The notes beneath the pieces were generated by a model that did no database searches, had not been told where the DNA came from, and saw nothing but the letters and a program-made list of their open reading frames with translations. 32,000 nt of DNA from Edaphobacter aggregans (GTDB taxonomy: Bacteria > Acidobacteriota > Terriglobia > Terriglobales > Acidobacteriaceae), in contig NZ_RSDW01000001.1 in the NCBI RefSeq assembly GCF_003945235.1, positions 720,001 to 752,000 on the forward strand. The letters are read 5' to 3'. This document shows, piece by piece, positions 24,581-32,000 of the stretch. The position numbers and the translations under genes are program-made. Positions within the stretch are counted from its first letter, which is position 1, and the number at the start of each line of letters is the position of its first letter.

Positions 24581-26716
24581 ATGAACCGAACTCTCCTCAC
24601 CGCCCTCCTCGCCCTCGTCACCTTCCCCGCCATCGCTCAGCCCCACCACACCTTCGCCACCCAAGCCGACCACTTCACCCTCGACGGCAAGCCCTTCAAA
24701 GTCATCTCCGGCGAACTCCACTACGCCCGCATCCCCCGCGAGTACTGGCACGCCCGCCTCAAAATGGCCAAGGCCATGGGCCTCAACACCATCGCCACCT
24801 ACGTCTTCTGGAACGTCCACGAGCCCACCCCCGGCCACTACGACTTCACCGGCAACAACGACCTCGCCGCCTTCATCAAAGCCGCCCAGCAAGAAGGCCT
24901 CTACGTCATCCTCCGCGCCGGCCCCTACTCCTGCGCCGAGTGGGAGTTCGGAGGCCTCCCCGCCTGGCTCCTCGCATCCCCATCGCCAAGCCAAACCAGC
25001 GCCACCACAAATAATGCTGTCATTCTGAGCGGCGCGAAGAACCCCCGCATTTCGCCCGAAGCGCCACAAACCTCTCCAGAGGCCACTCAAAACCCCGGCT
25101 TCACCCTACGCTCCAACGATCCCGCCTTCATCACCCCCGCCGAACGCTGGATCCACCGCCTCGCCCAAGAAGTCGCCCCCCTCCAGATCGGTCGCGGCGG
25201 CCCCATCCTCATGACCCAGGTCGAAAACGAATACGGCAACTTCGGCTCTGACCACGCCTACATGGCCCACCTCAAGCAAATCTTCCTCGAAGCAGGCTTC
25301 ACCGACTCCCTCCTCTACTCCGCCGACAACTGGCGCAACATCCCCAACGGCTCCATTCCCGACCTCTTCGCCGCCGTCAACTTCGGCATCGGCAACCATC
25401 AAGGCGGCATGGACGCCCTCGCCCGCGTCCGTCCCGACGCCCCGCTCTTCGTCTCCGAGTACTGGCCCGGCTGGTTCGATTCCTGGGGCCACCCCCACGA
25501 GACCCGCCCCATCCCACCCCAGCTCGAAGACCTCGACTACATCCTCCACCGCGGAGCCGGAATCAACATCTACATGTTCCACGGAGGCACCAGTTTCGGC
25601 TTCATGTCCGGAGCCGGAAGCGACAAAAACGGCTACCGCCCCGCCGTCACCAGCTACGACTACGACGCCCCCCTCGACGAATCCGGCCGCCCCACCCCCA
25701 AGTTCTACGCCTACCGCAAAGTCCTCGCCCAATTCACCCCATGCCCACAGGCTGCTCAAAATTCTGTCATTCTGAGCGAAGCGAAGAACCCCCGCATTTC
25801 GCCCGAAGCGCCACCACTCTCCAAGCAGAGTCAAGACGCACAAACCGGCAACGAATCGTGCCTCCCCCCCATCCCGACCACCCCACCCATCATCACCATC
25901 CCGCAAATCACCTTCACCGAATCCACCCCCCTCTGGCTGAACCTCCCGCAACCCATCCCCAGCCAATCCCCCCGACCCATGGAGCACTTCGGCCAATCCT
26001 ACGGCTACATACTCTACCGAACCCAAATCCCAGCCGCCATCACCGGAGACCTCGTTCTAACCGACCTCCACGACTACGCCCAGATTTACCTCAACGGCAA
26101 ACTCACCGGAACCCTTGACCGCCGCCACCACTTCGAAAACACCCTCCCCCTCACCACCACAGGCCCTACCCAACTCGACATCCTCGTAGCCAACGACGGC
26201 CGCATCAACTCCACCAAACTCATGCGCGGCGAATCCAAAGGCATTACCCAATCCGTCACCCTCGCCGGAACCCCCGTCACCAACTGGCAGGTCTACCCCC
26301 TCCCCATGACCGCACTGCCGCGCCTCTACGCGGGGCCTCGTACCCTGTACCCTGCGGGAGACTTTACCGAGGACGCTCGTGAAAGTGTCGGCAAAAAGGT
26401 CCCCTTTACACCGTTCCCCCGCGACACCCCCGCCTTCTTCCGAGCCCACTTCACCCTAACCCAACCCTGCGACACCTTCCTCGACACCCACACCCTCGGC
26501 AAAGGAGCCATCTGGATCAACGGCCACCCGATAGGCCGCTTCTGGAACGTCGGCCCCCAACAGACCCTCTACGTCCCCGGCCCATGGCTTCGTCAAGGCA
26601 CCAACGAGATCGTAGTCTTCGACATGATCCCCCAGCCCAACCCCCACGTCTCCGGTCTCGACCACCCAATCCTCGACGGCCCAGTCCCCGACCAGACCAG
26701 GAGCTCCCAGCAATGA
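24581..26716 (+). CDS. Secreted glycoside hydrolase family 35 beta-galactosidase carrying two in-frame repeat-derived insertions
   Basis: ORF 24551-26716 trimmed to ATG 24581, with signal MNRTLLTALLALVTFPAIAQ. GH35 hallmarks are present: FWNVHEP, CAEWEFGGLPAWLL, QVENEYG (acid/base Glu), SEYWPGWFDSWG (nucleophile region), YMFHGGTSFG and SYDYDAPL, plus C-terminal beta-sandwich domains. Confidence 0.9.
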   Translation: MNRTLLTALLALVTFPAIAQPHHTFATQADHFTLDGKPFKVISGELHYARIPREYWHARLKMAKAMGLNTIATYVFWNVHEPTPGHYDFTGNNDLAAFIKAAQQEGLYVILRAGPYSCAEWEFGGLPAWLLASPSPSQTSATTNNAVILSGAKNPRISPEAPQTSPEATQNPGFTLRSNDPAFITPAERWIHRLAQEVAPLQIGRGGPILMTQVENEYGNFGSDHAYMAHLKQIFLEAGFTDSLLYSADNWRNIPNGSIPDLFAAVNFGIGNHQGGMDALARVRPDAPLFVSEYWPGWFDSWGHPHETRPIPPQLEDLDYILHRGAGINIYMFHGGTSFGFMSGAGSDKNGYRPAVTSYDYDAPLDESGRPTPKFYAYRKVLAQFTPCPQAAQNSVILSEAKNPRISPEAPPLSKQSQDAQTGNESCLPPIPTTPPIITIPQITFTESTPLWLNLPQPIPSQSPRPMEHFGQSYGYILYRTQIPAAITGDLVLTDLHDYAQIYLNGKLTGTLDRRHHFENTLPLTTTGPTQLDILVANDGRINSTKLMRGESKGITQSVTLAGTPVTNWQVYPLPMTALPRLYAGPRTLYPAGDFTEDARESVGKKVPFTPFPRDTPAFFRAHFTLTQPCDTFLDTHTLGKGAIWINGHPIGRFWNVGPQQTLYVPGPWLRQGTNEIVVFDMIPQPNPHVSGLDHPILDGPVPDQTRSSQQ
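25008..25092 (+). repeat. Intragenic repeat copy A (core 25016-25067) read in-frame within GH35
   Basis: Core GCTGTCATTCTGAGCGGCGCGAAGAACCCCCGCATTTCGCCCGAAGCGCCAC translates as AVILSGAKNPRISPEAPQ. It matches copy B at 49 of 52 positions, with weaker flank similarity. Confidence 0.8.
25757..25842 (+). repeat. Intragenic repeat copy B (core 25763-25814) read in-frame within GH35
   Basis: Core TCTGTCATTCTGAGCGAAGCGAAGAACCCCCGCATTTCGCCCGAAGCGCCAC translates as SVILSEAKNPRISPEAPP. It lies 747 nt (249 codons) from copy A, so both are in the same frame. Confidence 0.8.
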
Positions 26717-29538
26717 GCCGAAATCCACAAAGCGAGCCCAGCAACATGCCACGTTTTCCATACTTTTTACCGCGTGCTAACAACCACCTAACCACCAAAA
26801 TCGCCACCACGATCACACTGACAGTAACGCTATCAACCCCATTATTTTCACAAGTTTCTATAGACAACTTAAAACAAAACTTCCAAAATCCACCAGCCGA
26901 CGCAAAACCCATGATGCGCTGGTGGTGGTTCGGCACAGCTGTGGAAAAACCCGAGATCCTCCGCGAACTCAAGCAGATGCAAGCCGACGGTATAGGTGGC
27001 GTAGAGCTAGCCTTCGTCTACCCCCAGGTCGTAGACGATCCATCCAAAGGACTTATCAACCACCCCTTCCTCTCCCCCGAGATGCTGGACAACGTCCGCT
27101 ACGCCCAATCCGAAGCCCGCAAACTAGGCCTCCGCGTAGACGTAACCCTAGGCAGCGGCTGGCCTTACGGAGGCCCCGCCACCACCCTCGAAGAAGCCGC
27201 CACCCGCCTCCGCACCGTCGAAATCCCCTTCCCCGCCAACGCCACCATCCTACCCCAGCCCGACCTGGCCGAAGGCGAATCCATCATCTCCATCTCCCTC
27301 GTCAACGGCGAACCCAAGCATTGGGACGCCGCAACCACCCAAACCATCATCCCAAGTGAAATCAGTAGCATAAACGCATCCACCACCCCCCGCACTGCCC
27401 TCTTCTTTATAGCCAGCCACACCCGACAGCAAGTCAAACGCGCCGCAGTAGGATCAGAAGGCTACGTCCTCGACCCCTTCAGCCACCAGGCCGTAGCCAC
27501 CCACCTAAAAACCGTAGGCGAACCCCTCGTCAAAGCCTTCGGCCCCACCCCGCCCTACGCCGTCTTCTCCGACTCCCTCGAAGCCTACGGAGCCGACTGG
27601 ACCCCCAACCTCCCCGAAGAATTCCACAAGCGCCGAGGCTACGATCTCCTCCCCCACCTCCCCGAACTGGTAGCCGGAGGCACCCCAGCCGCCGAAAAAA
27701 TAAGGCACGACTGGGGCCAAACCCTCACCGAGTTGGTCGACGAAAACTACCTGACTCAAATCAATAACTGGGCCATCGAGCATCACACAAAGTTTCGCTC
27801 GCAAACATATGGAGAACCAGCAGTTACTTTATCGAGCCAACACCTCGTCACGCTCCCTGAAGGGGAGGGTCCCCGCTGGCGAGAGTTTTCCACACTCCGC
27901 TGGGCTTCCTCCGCCAACCACCTATTCGGCAACAAAATCACCTCCGCCGAAACCTTCACCTGGCTCCACTCCCCCGTCTTCCGCGCCACTCCCCTCGACA
28001 TGAAGGCCGAAGCCGACCTCCACTTCCTGATCGGCGTCAACCAGATCATCGGCCACGGCTGGCCCTACTCCCCCCCGCAGGCCGGAGAACCCGGCTGGTC
28101 CCTCTACGCCGCCGCTGTCTTCAACGACAACAACCCCTGGCACCCCGTCATGCCCGACGTCACCCGCTACATCCAGCGCATCAGCTACCTCCTTCGCCAG
28201 GGCGAACCCGCCAACCAGGTAGCCATCCTCCTCCCCACCGACGACGCCTGGGCCCACTTCTCCCCCGGCAAAGTCACCGTCACCGGCGAGATGACCCACC
28301 TCATCACCCCCGCCCTCATGTCCGCCATCCTGAGCGCCGGTTACAACGTCGACTTTATCGACGCAGACACCATCAACCGCCAAGGTATCCACTATCCCAT
28401 CCTAGTCATTCCCCCCACTGACCGGATTCCCGCTGAAACTCTGCAGCGTATCCTCAGGTACTCCTCAATAAATAGGGGTAAGGTTCTCTGTCTTGGGCAC
28501 ACGCCCTTGCACGTTACCGACGGCGCGCTAGCCAGTTTCGTCTGGAGCGGCCCACACCAACTGATCCCACCCACAATCGTTCCAAACGAGTCCGCACTTA
28601 TCGAAGCCCTTCACACGGCCTCAGCCCCAGACTTCAGCCTCCACACAAAGAGCAGCGTCGCCAGGGACCAAATCGGCTTCATTCGTCGCAGACTTCCAAA
28701 CGCAGACATCTATTTCGTCGCCAACGCCAGCAATCACCCAATCCAAGCCACTGCCACCTTTGCCACCGTCTATCCCAGTGGCGAGCAGTGGGATCCCGAC
28801 ACCGGCGTTTCTCTATCAATCTCCTCCACTGATGTTGATCTCAATTTGGCTCCCTACGAATCCCGAATCTTTGTCTTCGCGAAGACAGGCTCGCAAAGTG
28901 GCCGCCCCACCTCTACGCCTCGTACTGATTCGACCAACACGTCCCATCCGGGGATTATCGACCTGTCGAAGAATTGGGAACTCCATTTCTTAGACACCAA
29001 CAAGACCGAAACCCAACCCACCCTCACCGACTGGACCGCCAACCCCGACACAAAGTTTTACTCTGGAGAAGCCGTCTACACCCGAGACTTCACTCTCACT
29101 GCAGTCCCTACCAAGCCAGTCAGCCTCGAAATCGAAGGCGGCACCCCCACCACGCCTCAGCCGCTAGCCCAGCCTGACCGGCCAGTCGGAGTCCGCAATC
29201 CCCTCGTCACAGGCACAGGCCCCGGCATGCGCGCCTGGTACGACCCACCCATTCGCGAGGCCGCCATCGTCTATATCAATGGCCAGCGAGCCGGCTCCCT
29301 CTGGCACCCGCCCTACCGACTCGACGTGACGCACCTTCTCAAACCCGGCCAGAACCACATCGAAATCCGCGTCTACAACACAGCCATCAACGCCTGGGCT
29401 GCCCTTCCGCCCCATGACTACAAACCCCTCATCGAAAAATTCGGCGACCGCTTCCAGATGCAGGACCTCGACAAAGTAAAACCCGTACCCTCCGGCATCC
29501 TCGGCCAAATCCACCTTGTCACCGAGATTTCCCAGTGA
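26713..29538 (+). CDS. Large glycoside hydrolase, GH106-like (alpha-L-rhamnosidase-type), family tentative
   Basis: ORF 26584-29538. ATG 26713 overlaps the GH35 stop (ATGA at 26713-26716); an alternative ATG is at 26746. The N-terminal pattern FQNPPADAKPMMRWWWFG...LKQMQADGIGGVELAFVYP is what I remember from Glyco_hydro_106-type enzymes. A C-terminal galactose-binding-like domain is present (FYSGEAVYTRDF...VYINGQRAG). Confidence 0.7.
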   Translation: MSRNPQSEPSNMPRFPYFLPRANNHLTTKIATTITLTVTLSTPLFSQVSIDNLKQNFQNPPADAKPMMRWWWFGTAVEKPEILRELKQMQADGIGGVELAFVYPQVVDDPSKGLINHPFLSPEMLDNVRYAQSEARKLGLRVDVTLGSGWPYGGPATTLEEAATRLRTVEIPFPANATILPQPDLAEGESIISISLVNGEPKHWDAATTQTIIPSEISSINASTTPRTALFFIASHTRQQVKRAAVGSEGYVLDPFSHQAVATHLKTVGEPLVKAFGPTPPYAVFSDSLEAYGADWTPNLPEEFHKRRGYDLLPHLPELVAGGTPAAEKIRHDWGQTLTELVDENYLTQINNWAIEHHTKFRSQTYGEPAVTLSSQHLVTLPEGEGPRWREFSTLRWASSANHLFGNKITSAETFTWLHSPVFRATPLDMKAEADLHFLIGVNQIIGHGWPYSPPQAGEPGWSLYAAAVFNDNNPWHPVMPDVTRYIQRISYLLRQGEPANQVAILLPTDDAWAHFSPGKVTVTGEMTHLITPALMSAILSAGYNVDFIDADTINRQGIHYPILVIPPTDRIPAETLQRILRYSSINRGKVLCLGHTPLHVTDGALASFVWSGPHQLIPPTIVPNESALIEALHTASAPDFSLHTKSSVARDQIGFIRRRLPNADIYFVANASNHPIQATATFATVYPSGEQWDPDTGVSLSISSTDVDLNLAPYESRIFVFAKTGSQSGRPTSTPRTDSTNTSHPGIIDLSKNWELHFLDTNKTETQPTLTDWTANPDTKFYSGEAVYTRDFTLTAVPTKPVSLEIEGGTPTTPQPLAQPDRPVGVRNPLVTGTGPGMRAWYDPPIREAAIVYINGQRAGSLWHPPYRLDVTHLLKPGQNHIEIRVYNTAINAWAALPPHDYKPLIEKFGDRFQMQDLDKVKPVPSGILGQIHLVTEISQ

Positions 29539-29570
29539 TGCACTTCCCGGTTGAAGAAGAAGCTACGCCT

Positions 29571-30635
29571 TCAGCCTTCAGTACGAACGGAGGCCGCCTC
29601 CCGCCAGCGCCACATGAGGAGCCCCGCGAGTCCCAGCAGCATGAGCGCACCCGTTCCCGGCTCGGGCACATCGGCACCTGTGCTCGGCTCGGGCGTTCCG
29701 CCGCCCGTACCTGGCTGGGATGCATCGATAAGCGTGATTGTCTGGCTCAAATTGCCGCTGACGGGCTCCCCGCCGAACGGGTCGCCTAAGAAGGCGTAGT
29801 AGCCTCGTTCGAAGCCATGTGTTGTGCCTTCTGCCGTGAGCGTATACACCCAGGACACGATGTCCCCTGCCTGGATATCATGCATCTCCAGGTCAAACGA
29901 CACGCCTTCGAGGGTAAAACTCGGGTTGAAGTCATCGCCGTTAAACGTCAAGTGGGGAGTGAAATCCAACGGATTTGGGTGCTCGAGGATTTCGTCGTCC
30001 ACCAAATTCAACAGGATCGTGCCCGAGGGGACTTGCGTTTCAAATTCACGTATGCCGAATTCGAATAGGCCCTGGGTTATGCTGCCATCCGGATGTGTGA
30101 CAACTTCGTCTACTCTCGCATCGGCCTCGGCCGTTTCGGTTGCGCTTGGCCCGGTGCGTCGCGGCGGCACTCCAAGTAGCCCTACCTGCAGCGTCGGAAT
30201 GTTCAGATGCAACAGATCGTGTGCGGGGGGGCCGTCGTAGAGGAAGGTATGCGTCCATAAAGATTGCGCGAACAATTCTCTGACGCCGTCGCCGGACCCA
30301 TCCGGGCTCCCGAAGATCAGCTGGCTGACGCCCACACCGCCATTACCGTCCGACTCCGCAAGTGAAGATGCAAATGCGCCCGAGATGTTGGTTGACCGCC
30401 CTGAGGCGTTGACGCCGACCGGAGAAACGTAAAGAAGTTGGCTAGTCTGTATCGGGTCTAATGTAGCGCCGAACAACGGAGCGGAGTTATGAAACACCGT
30501 GCCGCCCGGCACAATCGACTCGATCACATTGGCGGAGAGATCGACCGGTATAACAGAATCGGCGTGTACGGTTTGAATGGAAAATACGGAAACGGCCGCA
30601 GTGAAAGCGGCCAGCATAATTTGCTGGATTCTCAT
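29571..30635 (-). CDS. PEP-CTERM sorting-domain protein (passenger domain of unknown function)
   Basis: ORF 29571-30779 trimmed to ATG 30633-30635 (AGGAGGG upstream on the coding strand), with signal peptide MRIQQIMLAAFTAAVSVFSIQTVHA. The C-terminus is VPEPGTGALMLLGLAGLLMWRWRE. G+C and C/G balance are atypical. Confidence 0.8.
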   Translation of the reverse strand: MRIQQIMLAAFTAAVSVFSIQTVHADSVIPVDLSANVIESIVPGGTVFHNSAPLFGATLDPIQTSQLLYVSPVGVNASGRSTNISGAFASSLAESDGNGGVGVSQLIFGSPDGSGDGVRELFAQSLWTHTFLYDGPPAHDLLHLNIPTLQVGLLGVPPRRTGPSATETAEADARVDEVVTHPDGSITQGLFEFGIREFETQVPSGTILLNLVDDEILEHPNPLDFTPHLTFNGDDFNPSFTLEGVSFDLEMHDIQAGDIVSWVYTLTAEGTTHGFERGYYAFLGDPFGGEPVSGNLSQTITLIDASQPGTGGGTPEPSTGADVPEPGTGALMLLGLAGLLMWRWREAASVRTEG

Positions 30636-30813
30636 CTGGGAACCCTCCTGTCTCGGAATCAGGATGGCCCGCAGCCACAGAAGGCATGCAACTGGCGATA
30701 TGCCAGCGATTGACAGTATATGCCTATCGCGACGAAGAGGAGGACAATCGCGCAATCTATCCTCCAATCCACAGCTCAATGCTTGACGCCCACGATAGAC
30801 TTAACTCAGAGAA

Positions 30814-30841
30814 ATACAGTCCGGCGCGAGCCGGACTGTAT
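30814..30841. other. Perfect 12-bp stem-loop in a divergent promoter region
   Basis: ATACAGTCCGGC (30814-30825), loop GCGA, GCCGGACTGTAT (30830-30841). It lies 91 nt upstream of the GH28 start and 179 nt upstream of the PEP-CTERM gene start. No gene ends next to it. Confidence 0.5.
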
Positions 30842-30931
30842 GCTTTAACCAGACTAGAGTCCTGACCGAAGTCCAGACTTAACATCTATTTTTTGAAGAC
30901 TTTGCACAATATCCCGGGAGGGGGAGAGTAC

Positions 30932-32000
30932 ATGTCCGTAGTCCGAAAACACCTCAGCCGAGCCGCACTTATCGCTGCTCTTACCCTCTCCGCGCACGCC
31001 CAGACAAAAGTATTTTCGGCCAACACCTTCGGAGCCAAACCCGACGGCGGCACGCTCAACACCACCGCTATCCAGAAGGCCATCGACGCAGCCGCCCCAA
31101 CCCACGGCACCGTCACCTTCAACCCCGGCACCTATCTCACGGGCTCCCTCTTCCTCAAATCCGGAGTCACCCTCGCAGTCTCCGAAGGCGTAACCCTCAT
31201 CGGCTCCCAGCGTGTCGAAGACTACCCGATGCTTCCCACCCGCATCGCTGGCATCGAGATGACCTGGCCCGCTGCCCTCATCAATGTCCGTGACCAGCAA
31301 AACGTCACCATCACGGGCCGTGGCACCATCGACGGCGACGGCCCCATCTGGTGGAAGTCCTACTGGGACCTCCGCGCCACCTACGAGCCCAAAGGCCTCC
31401 GCTGGGCATCCGACTACGACGCCCGACGCCCCCGCCTCATCCTCTTCCAGAACTCCTCCAACATCCACCTAGGCGGCGGCATCGTCCTTAAACGTTCCGG
31501 CTTCTGGACCGTCCAGATCCTCTACTCCCACAACGTCACCCTCGACGGCGTCACCATCCGCAATAACGAAGGCGGCAAAGGGCCCTCCACCGACGGCATC
31601 GACATCGACTCATCCCGCGACGTCCTCGTCCAGCACGCCGACATCGACGTCAACGACGACGCCCTCTGCCTCAAAGCTGGCCGCGACTCCGACGGACTCC
31701 GCGTCAACCGGGCAACGGAAAATGTGGTGCTCCGCGATAGCATCATCCGCCACGGAGCAGCCGCCGTCACGATCGGATCCGAAACCTCCGGTGGCTTCCG
31801 CAACATCGAAGCCTACAACCTCACCGCCCTCGCCGGCGTCCCCTCCGGAGTCCTCTTTAAATCCGCCCGCACTCGCGGAGGCTTCGCCGACGACATTCGC
31901 ATCCACGACCTCACCCTCGAAGGCGTAGCCGTCCCCATCCACATCACCATGAACTGGAACCCCACCTATAGCTACGCCACCCTCCCACCCGACCTAAAAG
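30932..32000 (+). CDS. Secreted glycoside hydrolase family 28 (polygalacturonase/rhamnogalacturonase-like), 3'-truncated by the window edge
   Basis: Absent from the ORF track because no stop is reached. ATG 30932 is preceded by GGGAGGGGGAGAG, and the frame stays open to the window end. Signal is MSVVRKHLSRAALIAALTLSAHAQ. GH28 motifs are GRGTIDGDGPIWW, STDGIDID, NDDALCLKAG, RHGAAAVTIGSE and FKSARTRGG. Strong C-ending codon bias. Confidence 0.85.
   Translation, partial: MSVVRKHLSRAALIAALTLSAHAQTKVFSANTFGAKPDGGTLNTTAIQKAIDAAAPTHGTVTFNPGTYLTGSLFLKSGVTLAVSEGVTLIGSQRVEDYPMLPTRIAGIEMTWPAALINVRDQQNVTITGRGTIDGDGPIWWKSYWDLRATYEPKGLRWASDYDARRPRLILFQNSSNIHLGGGIVLKRSGFWTVQILYSHNVTLDGVTIRNNEGGKGPSTDGIDIDSSRDVLVQHADIDVNDDALCLKAGRDSDGLRVNRATENVVLRDSIIRHGAAAVTIGSETSGGFRNIEAYNLTALAGVPSGVLFKSARTRGGFADDIRIHDLTLEGVAVPIHITMNWNPTYSYATLPPDLK

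Noticed and set aside
25106-26026. 306-aa minus-strand ORF inside GH35
   Set aside because: It is antisense to a gene with complete GH35 motifs. The Gly/Val/Glu-rich translation is an artefact.
24581-26716. Idea that GH35 is a pseudogene broken by repeat insertion
   Set aside because: The frame is uninterrupted for 711 codons. Both insertions are multiples of three, and all catalytic and structural motifs on both sides remain in frame.
30854-31468. 204-aa minus-strand ORF listed in the track
   Set aside because: It is antisense to the unlisted, edge-truncated plus-strand GH28 gene (30932 onward). That gene has a signal peptide, a strong SD and GH28 catalytic motifs.
1-32000. Search for tRNA, rRNA, riboswitch-like leaders, transposases, integrases, toxin-antitoxin pairs and defence genes
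   Set aside because: I recognised no tRNA T-arm or acceptor pattern, no rRNA segment and no relevant protein motif in any frame. Absence is by eye only and should be confirmed with tRNAscan-SE, Infernal/Rfam and HMM scans.

Overview
High-GC bacterial chromosomal window. Its PEP-CTERM proteins, many Sec/Tat-exported hydrolases and GTCATCCCCGAAGGGGATCTGC-type repeats best fit an Acidobacteriota (Terriglobia-like) soil bacterium; this is inference only. I support 26 protein-coding genes, 2 of them cut by the window edges. They include an S10 carboxypeptidase, a divergent ArsR/SRPBCC pair, an NHL-like secreted protein and two secreted orphans. Others are a BBE-type FAD oxidase, an SDR, a PEGA protein, a TlpA-like thioredoxin, a Zn-phospholipase-C-like protein and a long TonB-C-domain protein. 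There are also a Tat-exported amidase, DUF3617-like and DUF2277-like proteins, a fatty-acid desaturase, an amidohydrolase, a Tat-exported SRPBCC protein and two PEP-CTERM proteins. A dispersed pectin/rhamnogalacturonan-type set is present: CE12 esterase, GH35, a GH106-like enzyme and GH28. I saw no rRNA, tRNA, CRISPR array, transposase, integrase, phage genes or recognisable defence, secretion or biosynthetic cluster, so I cannot claim a discrete novel multi-gene system. Four things merit follow-up. (1) Two near-identical copies of a genomic repeat sit in-frame inside the intact GH35 gene. (2) A co-oriented composite repeat family sits at gene 3' ends. (3) Synonymous codon choice is mirrored between plus- and minus-strand genes, with plus-strand C>G regardless of gene direction. 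(4) A few genes escape that asymmetry, and two of them are followed by the same palindromic element. All coordinates, motif matches and base counts were read or counted by hand; family calls rest on remembered motifs, not searches.
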